Positions 1 to 13,050 of a stretch of 64,000 nt of DNA are shown piece by piece. The position numbers and the translations under genes are program-made. Where the stretch lies: the NCBI RefSeq assembly GCF_963921235.1, contig NC_086097.1, positions 124,064,001-124,128,000 of the forward strand, given 5' to 3'. The DNA is from Mobula hypostoma. Lineage: Eukaryota. Below the pieces are notes generated by a model. The model saw nothing but the letters and a program-made list of their open reading frames with translations, made no database searches and was not told the origin of the DNA. Positions within the stretch are counted from its first letter, which is position 1. The number at the start of each line of letters is the position of its first letter.

Positions 1-468
1 AGGAACAACACCTTATATTCCATCTGGGTAGCCTCCAACCTGACGACATGAACATTGACTTCTCTAACTTCCGCTAATTTATATACACACATTCTTTCTC
101 TCTCTCTCCTTTTTCTCCCTCTGTCCCTCTGACTATACCCCTTGCCCATCCTCTGGGTTCCCACCCCCCCGTCTTTCTCTCCGGACCTCCTATCCCATGA
201 TCCTCTCATATACCCTTTGCCAATCACCTGTCCAGCTCTTGGCTCCATCCCTCCCCCTCCTGTCTTCTCCTATCATTTTGGATCTCCCCCTCCCCCTCCC
301 ACTTTCAAATCTCTTACTAACTCTTCCTTCAGTTAGTCCTGACGAAGGGTCTCAGCCTGAAACGTCGACTGTACCTCTTCCTAGAGATGCTGCCGGGCCT
401 GCTGCATTCACCAGCAACTTTGATGTGTGTTGCTTGAATTTCCAGCGTCTGCAGAATTCCTGTTGTTT
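1..468 (+). mobile_element. Penelope-like element 3' end (GIY-YIG C-terminus, pyrimidine-rich UTR, hammerhead-bearing terminus)
   Basis: 3-77 reads EQHLIFHLGSLQPDDMNIDFSNFR*, typical of a PLE GIY-YIG endonuclease end. The downstream terminus recurs many times in the window. Confidence 0.85.
335..370 (+). ncRNA. Minimal type I hammerhead ribozyme motif (PLE-associated)
   Basis: AGTC-CTGACGA-AGG-gtctcag-CCT-GAAA-CG-TC-GACT. Helix I AGTC/GACT, core CUGANGA and GAAA, 3-bp helix II, palindromic ACGT helix III, GUC triplet ending at 366. Confidence 0.8.
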
Positions 469-1915
469 AGGTAGAGTAGCATGTAGTGTTAAGGAGGCAG
501 AGAGTCTGCAGAAGTACTTAGATTGGGAAAATGGGCAAAGAAGTGGAAGATGGAATATAGTGTAGAGAACACTGTGTAGAGTGCACAATATATTCCATCT
601 CTCACTTCTTTACCCTTTTCCTAATCTAAGTACTTCTGAAGACTACTAGAAGGAACTTCTGCACTTTAGTAGAAAGAATAAAGGCGTAGGCTATTTTTTA
701 AACGGGGAGAAATTTCAAAAATCAGTGGTGCAAAAAGACTTGGGCAGGATTCCCTTAGTGGTAAGAAAGGCAGATGTGATACTAGTATTCATTTTGAGAG
801 GACTAGAATTTAAGATCAAGGACATGAGTGGGAATCACATTGAAGCTTATTGAATATTGAAAGACCTAGAGAGCATAGAAGTTTCCTATAGTGGGTGAGT
901 CTAGGACCAGCAGTCACAGCCTCAATAGAGGGAGTATTTATGTAGAACAGAGTTAAGGGGGGATTTCACATCAAAGTTGCTGGTGAACACAGCAGGCCAG
1001 GCAGCATCTCTAGGAAGAGGTACAGTCGACATTTCGGGCTGAGACCCTTCATCAGGACTAACTGAAAGAAGAGCTAGTAAGAGATTTGAAAGTGGGAGGG
1101 GGAGATCCAAAATGATAGGAGAAGACAGGAGGAGGAGGGATGGAGCCAAGAGCTGGACAGTTGATTGGCAAAAGGGATATGAGCGGATCATGGGACAGGA
1201 GGCCTAGGGAGAAAGAAAAGGGGGAGGGGGGAAAAACCCAGAGGATGGGCAAGGGGTATAGTGAGAGGGACAGAGGGAGAAAAAGGAGAGAGAGAAAATA
1301 AAATATAAATAAATAATGGATGGGGTATGAGGGGGAGGTGGGGCATTAGCAGAAGTTTGAGAAGTCAATGTTCATGCAATCAGGTTGGAGGCTACCTAGA
1401 CAGAATATAAGGTGTTGTTCCTCCAATCAACTGTCCAGCTCTTGGCTCCATCCCTCCCCCTCCTGTCTTCTCCTATCATTTTGGATCTCACCCTCCCCCT
1501 CCCACTTTCAGATCTCTTACTAGCTCTTCTTTCAGTTAGTCCTGACGAGGGGTTTCGGCCCGAAACGTCAACTGTACCTCTTCCTAGAGATGCTGCCTGG
1601 CCTGCTGCGTTCACCAGCAACTTTGATGTATGTTGCTTGAATTTCCAGCATCTGCAGATTTCCTCGTATAAGGGAGGATTTCTTTAGCCAGAGGGTGATG
1701 AATCTGTGAAATTCATTGCCACGGACAGCTGCAGAGGCCAAGTCATTAGGTATATTGAAAGCGGAGTTTGATAGGTTCTTAATTAGTCAGGGATTGAACG
1801 ATTAAGGGGAGAAGGCAGAAGAATGGGGTCGAGAGGGATAATAAATCTGCTATGATGAAAGATTGGAGCAAATTCAATGGGCCAAAAGGCCTATATCTGC
1901 TCTTATATCTTATAA
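469..1915 (+). mobile_element. Old CR1 LINE 3' fragment, split by the PLE insertion at 968-1668
   Basis: Degenerate RT-end sequence and a CR1 3' UTR (ttctttagccagagggtg...aatctgtg) resembling other CR1 copies in the window. Confidence 0.75.
968..1668. mobile_element. Fold-back Penelope-like insertion (minus arm ~968-1425, plus arm ~1424-1668)
   Basis: Two oppositely oriented copies of the 1-468 terminus. Hammerheads at 1024-1059 (-) and 1538-1573 (+). 14-bp TSD taaggg(g/a)ggatttc at 954-967 and 1669-1682. Confidence 0.88.
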
Positions 1916-1935
1916 GTAAACCACAAATATCTATA

Positions 1936-2162
1936 AACGCAAACAACAGGAATTCTGCAGATGCTGGAAATTCAAGCAACATACATCAAAGTTGCTGGTG
2001 AACGCAGCAGGCCAGGCAGCATCTATAGGAAGAGGCGCAGTCGACGTTTCAGGCCGAGACCCTTCGTCAGGACGAAGGGTCTCGGCCTGAAACGTCGACT
2101 GCGCCTCTTCCTATAGATGCTGCCTGGCCTGCTGCGTTCACCAGCAACTTTGATGTATGTTG
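1936..2162. mobile_element. Short fold-back PLE terminus forming a perfect 93-bp palindrome
   Basis: Arms 1976-2068 and 2071-2163 are exact reverse complements around 'ag'. 14-bp TSD cacaaatatctata at 1922-1935 and 2163-2176. Intact hammerhead core on - at 2039-2073. Confidence 0.92.
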
Positions 2163-4060
2163 CACAAATATCTATAGTTCATGTAGTCTCACTTTATGAG
2201 TCTGAAAGGTTAACTCTGTTTCTCTTTCTGCAGATACTACCTGACCTTCTGAGTATTTCCAGCATTTTCTGTTGTATTATTGTATTTATAGGTCTGCTTC
2301 TCTTCATAATACATAAAACATCTAAATTGTCTTGAATGTAACTTACCTCTTACTTCAATAAGTATTTGAGAGTGTATTGGTAGAACTATAATAAAAGCTT
2401 CACGAGAGTAACAGCAACCTGTTTGTGCAGTTACTAGTGATATTCTAAATACATGTTGCAAAGGTATTTCATGTTGGCATTCTAAAAATATAAAGTTGAA
2501 CTGTGGAAACTCTAGTATTTCAGAAAATTTAATCATTATCACACATAAATAAAATGGGATTATATCATACTATCCATCATGTATTCACAAGCAAGGTCCC
2601 CCAAAGGAAGAAAGGGAAATTGCGGAGTTTTCATATCAAGCTACTTTTTATTTCCTGGCTAGCTGTAAAGCAGAATTGCCAGAAGGCTTGGAAGAAAGTT
2701 CCAATGCACAGCTGTGACTGCTAGAGGGATAACCAATCTAGAAAATGGAAAAATAATAGAATTCTTTGGGAGGAAATTGCTAAAATTTAATTACTAAATT
2801 AAAACAATATAGTAAAGCTCTGATAATCTGCTATCTGTTAAATCCTGATGGTTCCACATCTCTCTCCCTTTAACATAACAGGGTACTGGTTCCCACCCTC
2901 CTATTAAACTTACTGAATTCATAGAACATTTATTATATCTCTGAGAAACATCTTTTACAGGATGTTGATAATACGACTGTAGTAGCTGCACCTCAGTGAC
3001 GCTGGGACCAAAATCCTCATAGGGTGTTTGCTATTGCTATGGATGAAGGTATTTAAATCACTTTGGCAGGTGCAATGAAAAGGAGAAAAATGGTATATTA
3101 ATGATTGCAAAAAATAGCACTAGAGGACAATATACAGTTTACTTAAGACCAGACCAAGAGAGAATGCAATAGGAAATTTAGGTTGCAACATAAAGCACTT
3201 CAAAGAACATTGGAGAACTGCATTTGCAGGATTATGATGTTTTGACAATAATGGTGGCTTGGCTAACAAAAGAGACAGTACGGGATATGAAATAACTTGC
3301 TATAAAGAGTTTGGGAAAGATTAGGGAAAGGAAAAGTTCGTGGACAATATTGATTGAAACTATTGTAGGTCTGGGGGACAGCAAACTTTCGAGGAAATTA
3401 ACAGAAATTAAAAGTCATAAAGGAATTACTGGGGGTTTTAACGATCCGTTTAAGGACCAGAATAGTAACAATATAAGGGACACAATTCAGTAAGAATTTT
3501 GAATCTTTTTGAACATTACTTCCCTGACCTGTCAAGGAAAGAGATATTGCTTCAGTTCTATCTGCAGGGTGAAATGGGCTGAGAAAATGTCAGTGGGAAA
3601 CGTTTAGGGTTAGTGATTATTATAATTATTAGAATTGTTGTGGAAAAAGATACGGAAAACTGGGATTAAAAAAAATATGTAAACATATTGTTTGTGTCAC
3701 CTTTGGTTCTTTTGTTGATTAATTTCATGGCACATATTCTAGTATGGGAATGGTTTCTGTCTATTGACTCTATAGAGTTTATGATTTAAATACCTCCATC
3801 AGACCCTTATGCTACATCCTCTGTTCCAGGAATAATTGTTACTTCTCTGATCCACTTATGTAACAAAAATCTCTCACCCTGGAATCATTCTAGTAAATCT
3901 CTTTCCTAAAACATCCTGTCTTAAAGTGTGGTGCCCAAAACTACACCCAAGTTCCAGTCTTAGATGAACCAGATTGTTATAAAAGCTCATCTTGTCTTGC
4001 TATACAAAAAAGAAAACAAGTACCATGTTTCTGAAATGAAAGCAAGAACAGGATTCTACG

Positions 4061-4275
4061 TCTATCTATCTATTTATTTATTTATTTATTGAGATGCAGC
4101 ACGGAATAGGCCTTTCTGGCCCTTTGAGCCACACCACCCAGCAATCCCCCGGCTTAATCACGGGACAGTTTATAATGACCAATTAACCTACCATCTGGTA
4201 CGTCTTTGGACTGTGGGAGGTAACCGGAGCACCTGGAGGAAGCCCACATGGTCACGGGGAGAATGTAGAAACTCC
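4061..4275 (-). mobile_element. V-SINE fragment with CR1-like tail
   Basis: V-domain (ttctccccgtg..gtggg.ttcctcc.ggtgctccggtt.cctcccacagtccaaagac) followed by a gggcc.gaa.ggcct tail and (AAAT)n/(AGAT)n. Confidence 0.75.
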
Positions 4276-4329
4276 TCTGAATTTATCCTCCCACTCTCAA
4301 TAACCTCTGCATATATCTTCCCAGATCTG

Positions 4330-4805
4330 GAGCACTGAATACAAGAGCAGGGAGGTTATGCTTCAACTTTGTGAAATATTGGCCAGATCTCATCTGAAGT
4401 ACTCTGTTGTTTTCATCACCGTTCTCTAGGAAAGATGTGAAGGTGCAGAGGAGATTCACTAAAAGACTGCCTGGGATGGAGCATTTTAGTATGAGGACAG
4501 ACTGGAGAGCCTAGTTCTGTTTTGCCTTTAACAGAAGAGGGTAGGAGTGCACATGATTGAGGTATATAAAATGCTGAAGGCTATAGATTTAGAGGAAGGG
4601 GTTGGAGATTTAGAAGGGATCTGAAGGGGACTTTCTTCACCCAGAGAACGGTGATTACCTGGAATGCATTGCACGGTAGAGTGATGGAAGTGAGATGTTG
4701 ACAGCTCATAAGAAGTACTTAATCACCTAAGCATAAGCCAAGTGCTGGAGGAATGGACTAATACAGCTAGCACCCACTTCTCAGCCTGCTTCCATGCTGT
4801 ATGAC
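4330..4805 (+). mobile_element. Old CR1 LINE 3' fragment
   Basis: Degenerate match to the CR1 RT C-terminus (LVRPHLEYC/VQRRFT region) and 3' UTR. Confidence 0.65.
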
Positions 4806-5158
4806 TCCATAACTCTCTTTAACTCTTGTTTTCAGAAGTGTCTCTATTAATTGATACAGCCTCTCTTCATTTTTCCTATCTAAACGTAGTGCATGCCTAT
4901 ATTCTCTTGAATCTTATTGGGACCTCCTCATAATTCACCTCACTTCCAGATTTCATATCATCTTTAAATCTAAATTAGTTATATTTTTTAAAAAAAGAAA
5001 AAAGATCCTGAACAAATCCTTTTGGTTAGGAAAAAATGTTCACTAAAACACTTTTTATTCTGTCTTTTGGCTGTTTTTTTATCTAGTCTGCTACCTCCCC
5101 TTTTATGCTTTTAGATTCAGTCTTACACCTATTAAAATGCCTTATATGCCTTTTGATA

Positions 5159-5675
5159 ATAGACAATAGGTGCTGGAGTAGGCCATTCGGCCCTTCGAGC
5201 CAGCACTGCCACTCACTGTGATCATGGCTGATCATCCACAATCAGTACCCCGTTCCTGCCTTCTCCCCATATCCCTTGACTCCGCTATCATTAAGAGCTC
5301 TATCTAGCTCTTTCTTGAAAGCATCCAGAGAATTGGCCTCCACTGCCTTCTGAGGCAGAGCATTCCACAGATCCACGACTCGGAGTGAAAAAGTTTTTCC
5401 TCAACTCCGTTCTAAATGGCCTACCCCTTATTCTCAAATTGTGACCTCTGGTTCTGGACTCCCCCATCATCGGGAACATGTCTTCTGCCTCTAGCGTGTC
5501 CAATCCCTTAATAATCTTATGTGTTTCAATCAGATCCCCTCTCAGCCTTCTAAATTCCAGTGTATACAAGCCCAGTCACTCCAATCTTTCAACATATGAC
5601 AGTCCTGCCATTCCGGGAATTAACCTCGTGAACCTACGCTGCACTCCCTCAATAGCAAGAATGTCCTTCCTCAAA
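5159..5675 (-). mobile_element. Young 5'-truncated CR1 LINE
   Basis: ORF 5300-5569 YTLEFRRLRGDLIETHKIIKG...SRTRGH, CR1 3' UTR, and direct repeat tttgata at 5152-5158 and 5676-5682. Confidence 0.92.
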
Positions 5676-7093
5676 TTTGATAGATCGTACACATAATAAC
5701 CACATTTCTGTCTTTAGTCTTTTTTGATTACCTCAACAAAATGTTTATGAAGTTAGTGAACATGTTTTGTCTTTAGTAAATTCACGCTGGCTTTCACTAA
5801 ACAATCCAGATTTTTCTAAATGAATGCTACATTTGCCCCTGATTTTCATTCCGAAATCTTCTTATTACTAAGGCCGAACTGATTGCGGTATAGCTGCTGG
5901 ATTTTGCTTATTCCCTTTCTTCAAACAAAATAAAAGTCTAGTTCTGAGGCACCATCCCTCGTCTGCAGAGGTTTGAAAGATGATGGTCAATTCCTTTGCA
6001 ATGTCTTCGCTCAACAGCCTGGAAGGCATCCCATTTCAAATGGATGATCCATCCATTTAATGCAGAGTTAGTCTTTCTTTGTCACTTTTTTAACACATCC
6101 ATTATTTCAATTGTGTCCTCCTTTGCTGAGAACCCAAAAACATTATCTTGTTAAAGACTGATGGTAAGTACAAATTAGTACCTCTGCATCCAGATAATCT
6201 CCTTTGTGATCTATGATTTGCAACCACCTTCTGCTCCTCCTATTCTTTTACTATTTCAATGCATTTAGATCATTTCTGGTCTCATTTAATGTGTTCCTTC
6301 TACCTTTTCTCATCTTACTACTTGCTTCTCTAATTCATTCCTCCAGAATCTTCTATAATCAGCCTGATTCTCACTATCATTTGACATCCATTGTATGCTT
6401 TTCTTTCATTATATTTTCCTCTATACCTTTGGACATCCAAGGAGTTTTGGCGCTGCCTTTCACCATTGTCGAAATGCTCCAACACTATAATTGAGCCATC
6501 CTTTACTTAACACCTGCTATTCAAGTATATTTGACAATCTTTGGTTCCAGTTTACATTGGTGAGATCTTCAGCTGTACCATGAAATGTGTGTAGGATCTA
6601 AGATGTAGTGCTGGTAGAGTACCAGCATATGTAACAAAAGGAGATAGTTGTGACATTTGACTGGCATCTAGATAAGTATTTGAACTGAAAAGGTTTGCAG
6701 GATCTTGGGAGTGAATATTTTAAGATGGAAATCAGAGAATAATAGACAGGGAAGAAGGCTATTTGGCCATTTGTGTCTGTGCCAGAGTGGAACTAATTGG
6801 ATTATTCTTATATTGAACTGTCACAGACTCAATAGGCCAAATGATCTCCTTGCCGTGATAACCTTCCTGTGATTGTAATATTTCCATTTTTTTGTTATGT
6901 TACAGTTCTGTTTGTTTGAAGTTTGTATTTAATATGAATGGACTATGGAACAATAACAGCAAAGCACTTAATCACAGTGTGTCTTCAGGCATTTTACCAT
7001 TGCAAGATTATACCAGCCAAGTTTTATTCTAACCTCTTCCCCCAAGACTGATCAAGAACCAATATTGTTTATGTATCCCTTATATTTTGCTAG

Positions 7094-7219
7094 AATTGGA
7101 CAGACAAAATGAAGCAAAATGAAAATGAAGAGAAATACCAAAAAACAGCAGCAGGAGGTTTTATTTCAGAAAACTGTGTTCCTGTTCGTGGGATCAATGC
7201 TTCACTTCTTTCCCACCAG
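7094..7219 (+). CDS. SPAG1: SPAG1 coding exon (about exon 4 by analogy to human)
   Basis: tag acceptor 7091-7093, gt donor 7220. 126 nt, phase 0-0. NWTDKMKQNENEEKYQKTAAGGFISENCVPVRGINASLLSHQ resembles the SPAG1 'W..EIK...PPVRG' segment as recalled. Confidence 0.8.
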
Positions 7220-7977
7220 GTAGAAATGGGAGTTTTTATACATTCACTTCTCTTATTGTGATTTTTATTCACATTTTCTGCTTGAAAGGTTGTTCTCTAG
7301 GATTTTTTGTTCCAGTCAATGGAGAGCTATTGTAAAGAACAACCATGTCAAGATTTGATTTCTTTGATTTTTTTTTAAATATAATTGAAGTATTGGGTAT
7401 GAGAGTCTTCAAAAGTGACAACAGAACAGTTTTGTCCGTTTTGGTGAGGTGTATGTTGATGGAATCCTTGAAAGCAACTCGTACATCTTGCCTCATTGAT
7501 AAGTAAATAACTTGTTACACAGAATACTTAAATATAACCTTAAAGTGATAAACAGTATCCTCCAAGTTCAGTGATAGGATGTTAATCAAAGTAGGTGTGC
7601 TCTCTTGTGCCAGCATCCTCAGCTTTGAGGCCCTGGTTACACTCATGAGTAGGCAATTTGTTTGCCTGATATCGGACTCCTGAAGTAGTTCTGTCTCAGG
7701 AAGTAATTATCAATTCAAGGATATGCTCAAAGTCTCCCCTTTGAGAAACTATAACATCTCCATTGACTCTTGGGAATCCCTGGCCCACAACTGTTCAAGA
7801 TGGAGAAGGAGCATTTGGGATAACACAAGAGGAAGACAATGCCACACTCTGCCCCACCAGGCATCATCTGGCCCCGTACTAGATTGTGTAGGTTAGCTTT
7901 AGTTGTCATATGTGCATCAAAATGTTGAAACATACAGTGAAGTGTGTCATTTGTGTCGAATCAAATCAGCGAGCATT

Positions 7978-8470
7978 GAAAACACAGATTCTGCAGATGC
8001 TATAAATCCAGAGTAACACACACAAAATGCTGAATGAACTCAGCAGGGCTGGCAGCATCTATGAAAATAAATAAACAGTCAATGTTTCGGGTGGAGACCC
8101 TTCATCGAGACTGGAAAGGAAAGGGGAAGGCATCAGAATAAAAAGGTGGAGAGAAGGGAAGAAAGACAAGCTAGAGAGTGAGAGACATCAAAGTTGCTGT
8201 TGAACGCAGCAGGCCAGGCAGCATCTCTGGGAAGAGGTACAGTCGACGTTTCAGGCCGAGACCCTTTGTCAGGACGGTCTGATGCTGCCTGGCCTGCTGC
8301 GTTCACCAGCAACTTTGATGTGTATTGCTTGAATTTCCAGCATCTGCAGAATTCCTGTTGTTTGTCTAGAAGGTGATAGGTTAAGCCAGGTGAGTGGGAA
8401 AGGTAAAGGGCTGAACAAGTAGGTATCTGATAGGAGTGGAGAGTTGATCGTGGGAGAGAGGGAGGAAGGA
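7978..8470 (-). mobile_element. Older Penelope-like family terminus with degenerate hammerhead (8077-8112), interrupted by a younger PLE
   Basis: gattctgcagatgct...cacaaaatgctg.atgaactcagcagg motif and purine-rich UTR, similar to termini at 10980, 20028, 42562 and 48900. Confidence 0.75.
8185..8365. mobile_element. Short fold-back PLE terminus
   Basis: Minus arm 8185-8275 and plus arm 8281-8365. Degenerate 14-bp flanking repeat ctagagagtgagag / ctagaaggtgatag at 8171-8184 and 8366-8379. Confidence 0.85.
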
Positions 8471-8708
8471 TTATGCTGGACAGCCCGCAAGCGTTGCCAC
8501 ACTTCTGGCGCCAATGTAGCATGCCCCTAGCTCACTAACCCTAACCCTAACCCTATGTCTTTGGAATGTGGGCAGAAACTGGAGTAACCAGAGGAAATCC
8601 ATGTGGTCACAGGAACAATGTACAAACACTTTATGGGCAATGGTGGGAATTGACCCCCGATCGGTGATTGCTGGTGCTGTGAAATGATGCACCACTACCG
8701 TGCCACCC
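8470..8708 (-). mobile_element. V-SINE with tRNA-derived head
   Basis: B-box-like ggtcaattccc followed by the V-domain. Related copies at ~14905-15100 (+), 33423-33640 (-), 38300-38560 (-), and tail pieces at 32290-32428 and 50040-50195. Confidence 0.7.
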
Positions 8709-9739
8709 GCTCAGTATGTTTCCACATTGGCCTTGTCAGTCACTTTAACGACTACAGAACAGGAGTGGAAGTAGGACAGCTTTTGGAATTCACTTTTGTT
8801 ACACCAACTACCTATTTTCATTAATTCATTAAATTCACTAATTCAATAAAGTTAAACATCCCATAGCACTTAAAAAGGAACTATTATTAAGCAACATTTG
8901 ATATTAGGATAAAATTGTATTCTGCCAAAATTTGGGCAAGGTAAGAATTTGATTGGATATTTCAGAGGTAGTAAGATAGTTTGATATAATGCTGGAGTCT
9001 ACTCCATATATCGAAATGCAGTATGGTTTTGATTTAATCAATTAAAATATTTTGTAAAATTTATGGTCAAACTAAATTCATGTTTTATACTAATTATACT
9101 ATTTGGGAAAAAATATAAAGCAAAACTATATTCCAGGCATATGTAACTAAAAGAAGTTGAAATTCTTAAATTGACAAGATATTATCAGTATGCTTGAGAG
9201 GATAATAAGGTTCTATGAGCTTTTTTATGTAGGTTTGATAGGGCTGGGTAGATAAAGTTCTGGTATCATGGGTTGGGGGTAGTCTTGGGTTGTGGGAAAG
9301 GTGAAGAGGTATCACAGGGGAATTATATTCAGCATATGAAAAAAAGGTCAGATTTAAACAGAAGGATTATTCTACATTTGAAGATTAATAGGTGGCAAAT
9401 AGAGAAAAATGTCCTCAATTAGAAATATAATTTAGAACTTGAAATGTTCTTATGAAAAGCTTGAAAATTACACAAAGCTTCTCTGATGGTTCACTTGAGT
9501 GAACGCACCATGCAAAATTGCACAGAGACATACAAGTACGCAGATGTTATAGAAGTGTAGAGAATGTTCCAGATTCAGTCCCCCGACAACATCTTCAGTT
9601 GATTTTGATTAGAACCATGAGACTGTAGTTAGCTTCAGTATCCTAGACACCTCTCATGACTTCGAATCCCATCTCTTCATTATATTCCATGCAAGAGGTT
9701 CCTCAGAATGGGGTGATGGGATGCATCTCAGGGGTAGGT

Positions 9740-10600
9740 GTAGGGACTTCTGTTTTTTTTCTGCCATTTATATAAATGATTTGGACATGAATGCTCAGGA
9801 CTTGATGAGCAAGTTTGCAAATGACATGAAATTATGATGTGGTGTTATAGCAAAGAAGGTTATTGTAGATTACAAGGGGATATTGATCTGTTGGGAAAGT
9901 GGTCCATGAAGTGATAAATGGATTTCAGTACAGGTAAATGTGAGGTGATGTACTTTGGAAAGTCAAACCAGTATAGGATTTTCATTGTTAAAGGTAGGAC
10001 ACTAGGGAGTGTAATGGAGTGGAGTACAAGAGTATTGTTGTTGAAAGTGGTGTTACAGGAAGACACTGGTGAAATAGGCATTTAGCACGCTGGCCTTCAT
10101 CAGTCAGGGCAATGAGTGCAGGAATTGAGATATTATGTTGCAGTTGTATAAGTCTTTGGTGAGGTTGCATTTGGAGTACTGTGCTTAATTTTGCTCATCT
10201 TGAATAGGAATGTCATGATTTATCTGGAAAGAGTGCAGAAAGGGCTAGAAGGTCAGGCTAGGTCTTTATTTCCTGAATGAGGGGCATAGATTAGGTTTCT
10301 GTGGGCAAGGAGGATCCAAAACAAGGGGGCATATATATAGAGTGAGTGAGGAAAGTTTTAAAATAGACCCGAGGGGCAACTTTTTCACACAGAGGGTGGT
10401 AAGTGTATGGAGTGAGCTGCCAGAGGAAGTGTTGAAGCAGGTTCAATGCTATCAATTAAGAAGCATCTGGAAAGATACACGCAGAGGGTGTGGCCTCAGA
10501 GATTTGAGTTGAATGCATGAAATTGGCACTGGCTGGGTGGGCATGTGGTGGACATGTACTTTTTGTGCCGAAGGGCATGTATTCATGCTGTATAACTCCG
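9740..10600 (+). mobile_element. Old CR1 LINE RT/3' fragment
   Basis: IYINDLD...SKFANDMK and LQLYKSLVRLHLEYC remnants plus a 3' UTR. Confidence 0.8.
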
Positions 10601-10749
10601 ACTTTTGATGCCATGAGAAAGTGCATGTAGCCCAGCATTGATTCCTTTGGTCATAGTTCCCCAAATATGTCTCTGTGTGATGCAGTTTGACATGAGTGAA
10701 ACTGATACTTTTGGTCATGTGTTTGATAATTGTATTGTTTATTTTACAG

Positions 10750-10820
10750 AATGGCTTTGGGGGAAAGAAATCAACTGTAAAGAAAAGGATGGCTCCCAGA
10801 GATTACAGTGAATGGGACAA
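10750..10820 (+). CDS. SPAG1: SPAG1 coding exon
   Basis: ttttacag acceptor, gtatgt donor. 71 nt, phase 0-2. NGFGGKKSTVKKRMAPRDYSEWDK carries the PRDYxEWDK motif. Confidence 0.93.
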
Positions 10821-13050
10821 GTATGTTACTTATTGTATAAATCGGACAGCTAGTACAGTTGAGCAAAGGATAATAATTTGGAGGATAACAGTAACTTTAA
10901 AGATACTCAACAAGTCAGCAGTTAAAATTAATTGTCAGCTTGTCATTATATACACACAAACTAGTTGCAGGAAAACATAGACACAAGAGATTCTGCAGAG
11001 GCTGGAAATCCAGAGCAGTACACACAAAATGCTGGAGGAACTCAGCAGATCAGGCAACATCTATGGCATTTTGTGTGAAGATCATGGCTGATCTGATAGT
11101 AACCTCAAATCCTTATTCCCACCTATCTCTCGTAACCTTTCACTCCCTTCCTTACCAAGAATAAAGCCAACATTGTTTTAAAAGTACGTATTCAGAGGTT
11201 CTATGAGGAAGAATTCCAAAGACTGCCTATTCTATGAAAGAAGTTTCACTTAATCTGTTTTAAATAGAAGTTGCCTTATTTTTAAATGGTGATTTATAGT
11301 TCTAGATTCTTCTACAATGAAAAATTCCCTGCATATCCATCCTGCAGAATCTTGTATATGGGCTTCAATTGGGTTGCCTTTTACTCTTCTAGATTCCACT
11401 GGATAAAAGCTTAGCCTGTGCAGTATTTCCTCACAAATGACCCACTATTACAAGTATCAGACTGGTAAATCTCAGAACTCTTCCTAGCATTTAAATCTAT
11501 CCTTAAATGAGAAGACCAGCACTGTATACAGTACACCAGACGTGGGCTCACCAGTGCCCTGTATTACCGAGATATGACCTCACTGTCCTAGCAGTAAACA
11601 CTAACACTCTAAATGATTGCAGGACTTGCGTAATGGCCTTTTGTTAATCAAGCACATTTATTTTCCATATCAAGGGGTGTGAAGGACAACATTTTCGGAA
11701 GGAGGATGGTGGGTGTATGGAATAAGCTGACAGAGAAAGTGGTAGCAGCAGATAAAATTATAACATTAAAAAGACATTTAGATGGGTACATAGATAGGAA
11801 AGTTTTTGAAGGCTATGGGTCAAACGCAGGCAATGGGACTAGCTCACATAGACATTGAGTTAACTCAAAAGGCCTGTTTCCATTTTGTCTAACTCAATGA
11901 CTTTGTCTAGATCTTTGGTAGCTTCCTTATGTACTTTTCACAACTTACTTTCAAATTTAACCAACATTACCTTTGCAGCCATTATTCAAGTAATTTATAT
12001 AATTTATCAAATAATTTATTCAAGTAATCAAGTAATTTATACTTTCTGTGACATACTACCTGATATTTCTTGTAAAGCATAGGAAGGTCACTATGACTTC
12101 TATCTCCTTTTATCTATCTATGTCTATGTAATTAATATCTCCTCTGCCATGAGCTTTTATTTTCTGCAATAACATTTGGTGTGGCACTTTATTAGGTGCT
12201 TTCTGGAAATATAAGTATAATAAAACTCTAATGGTCCTGTTTCCTCAACAATTTGGGGTTTAAGACTAACAAGACCTGACTATTGATATATTGATACTAC
12301 TCCTATTAATACACTAACATACTTTAAATTTGCCTTTTTTCAGATGTTATACAACATTGTAATGAATTTAACAGTAAACCAGCATAGGAATAGAGGCCCA
12401 ATGAGTTTAAAGGGAGCACTGAAATGGGGTCCAGCTGTGATTAAAAGAGCATGGGAAGGATAGCGTGGACCCCTATACACTGGGACTTCTGAACAATAGG
12501 AAAACAGATGATCAAAACTTTACTGCATATTGGTTTCCTTTATCCATTGCAAATATTACTTCTTTCAAAAAACATCCTTCAAAGAGGGCACTGTTCCTGG
12601 TGCAGGTAGATGGGACTAGGGAGGATAATAGCTTGGTACTATTTGTGCCAAAGTTTGGACTAGATGGGTCAAAGGGCCTGCTTCTGTGCTGTAGTGCTTT
12701 CCGACTCTAAGTACAGATGTGATGTATTCTTTTAAGTCTATAACCTCTGGCTCCACACTTGATGGCCACACTGATCCTTGAGGTACTCCATTCTCTCTCT
12801 ACTTATCCTTTATTATAAGTACTAATAGGATCTCTCAGTATTCTTTATTTTACCTTATTTACCGAAGCTATCTCATGTCATTTTTTTTGCCCTACTGATG
12901 TCCTTCTTGTGTACTTGATTTCATTCTTAAGTATACCAAAAGTGTTATTGATTCAAACTTAATCTTATGTATGTATATATATATTTGCTTTATGGAGGAT
13001 TAATATGACTATTCTCAAGTTCATATGATTGTTCTAAATTTTGATCCCAG

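Noticed and set aside
1936..2176. Palindromic repeats as a CRISPR array or a MITE
   Set aside because: No repeat-spacer periodicity, eukaryotic context, and the arms are unequal pieces of a retroelement terminus rather than TIRs.
142..2335. Recurrent short ORFs such as SPDEGSQPETSTVPLPRDAAWPAAFTSNFDV as a repeated peptide family
   Set aside because: They are translations of the non-coding PLE terminus and hammerhead. Frames and stops vary between copies.
8535..8555. (CCCTAA)3 as an interstitial telomere
   Set aside because: Only about 3.5 units, lying in a SINE where other copies have a single ctaaccc. Local slippage is enough to explain it.
11980..12042. Repeated caagtaatttat units
   Set aside because: Short AT-rich slippage duplication with no higher-order structure.
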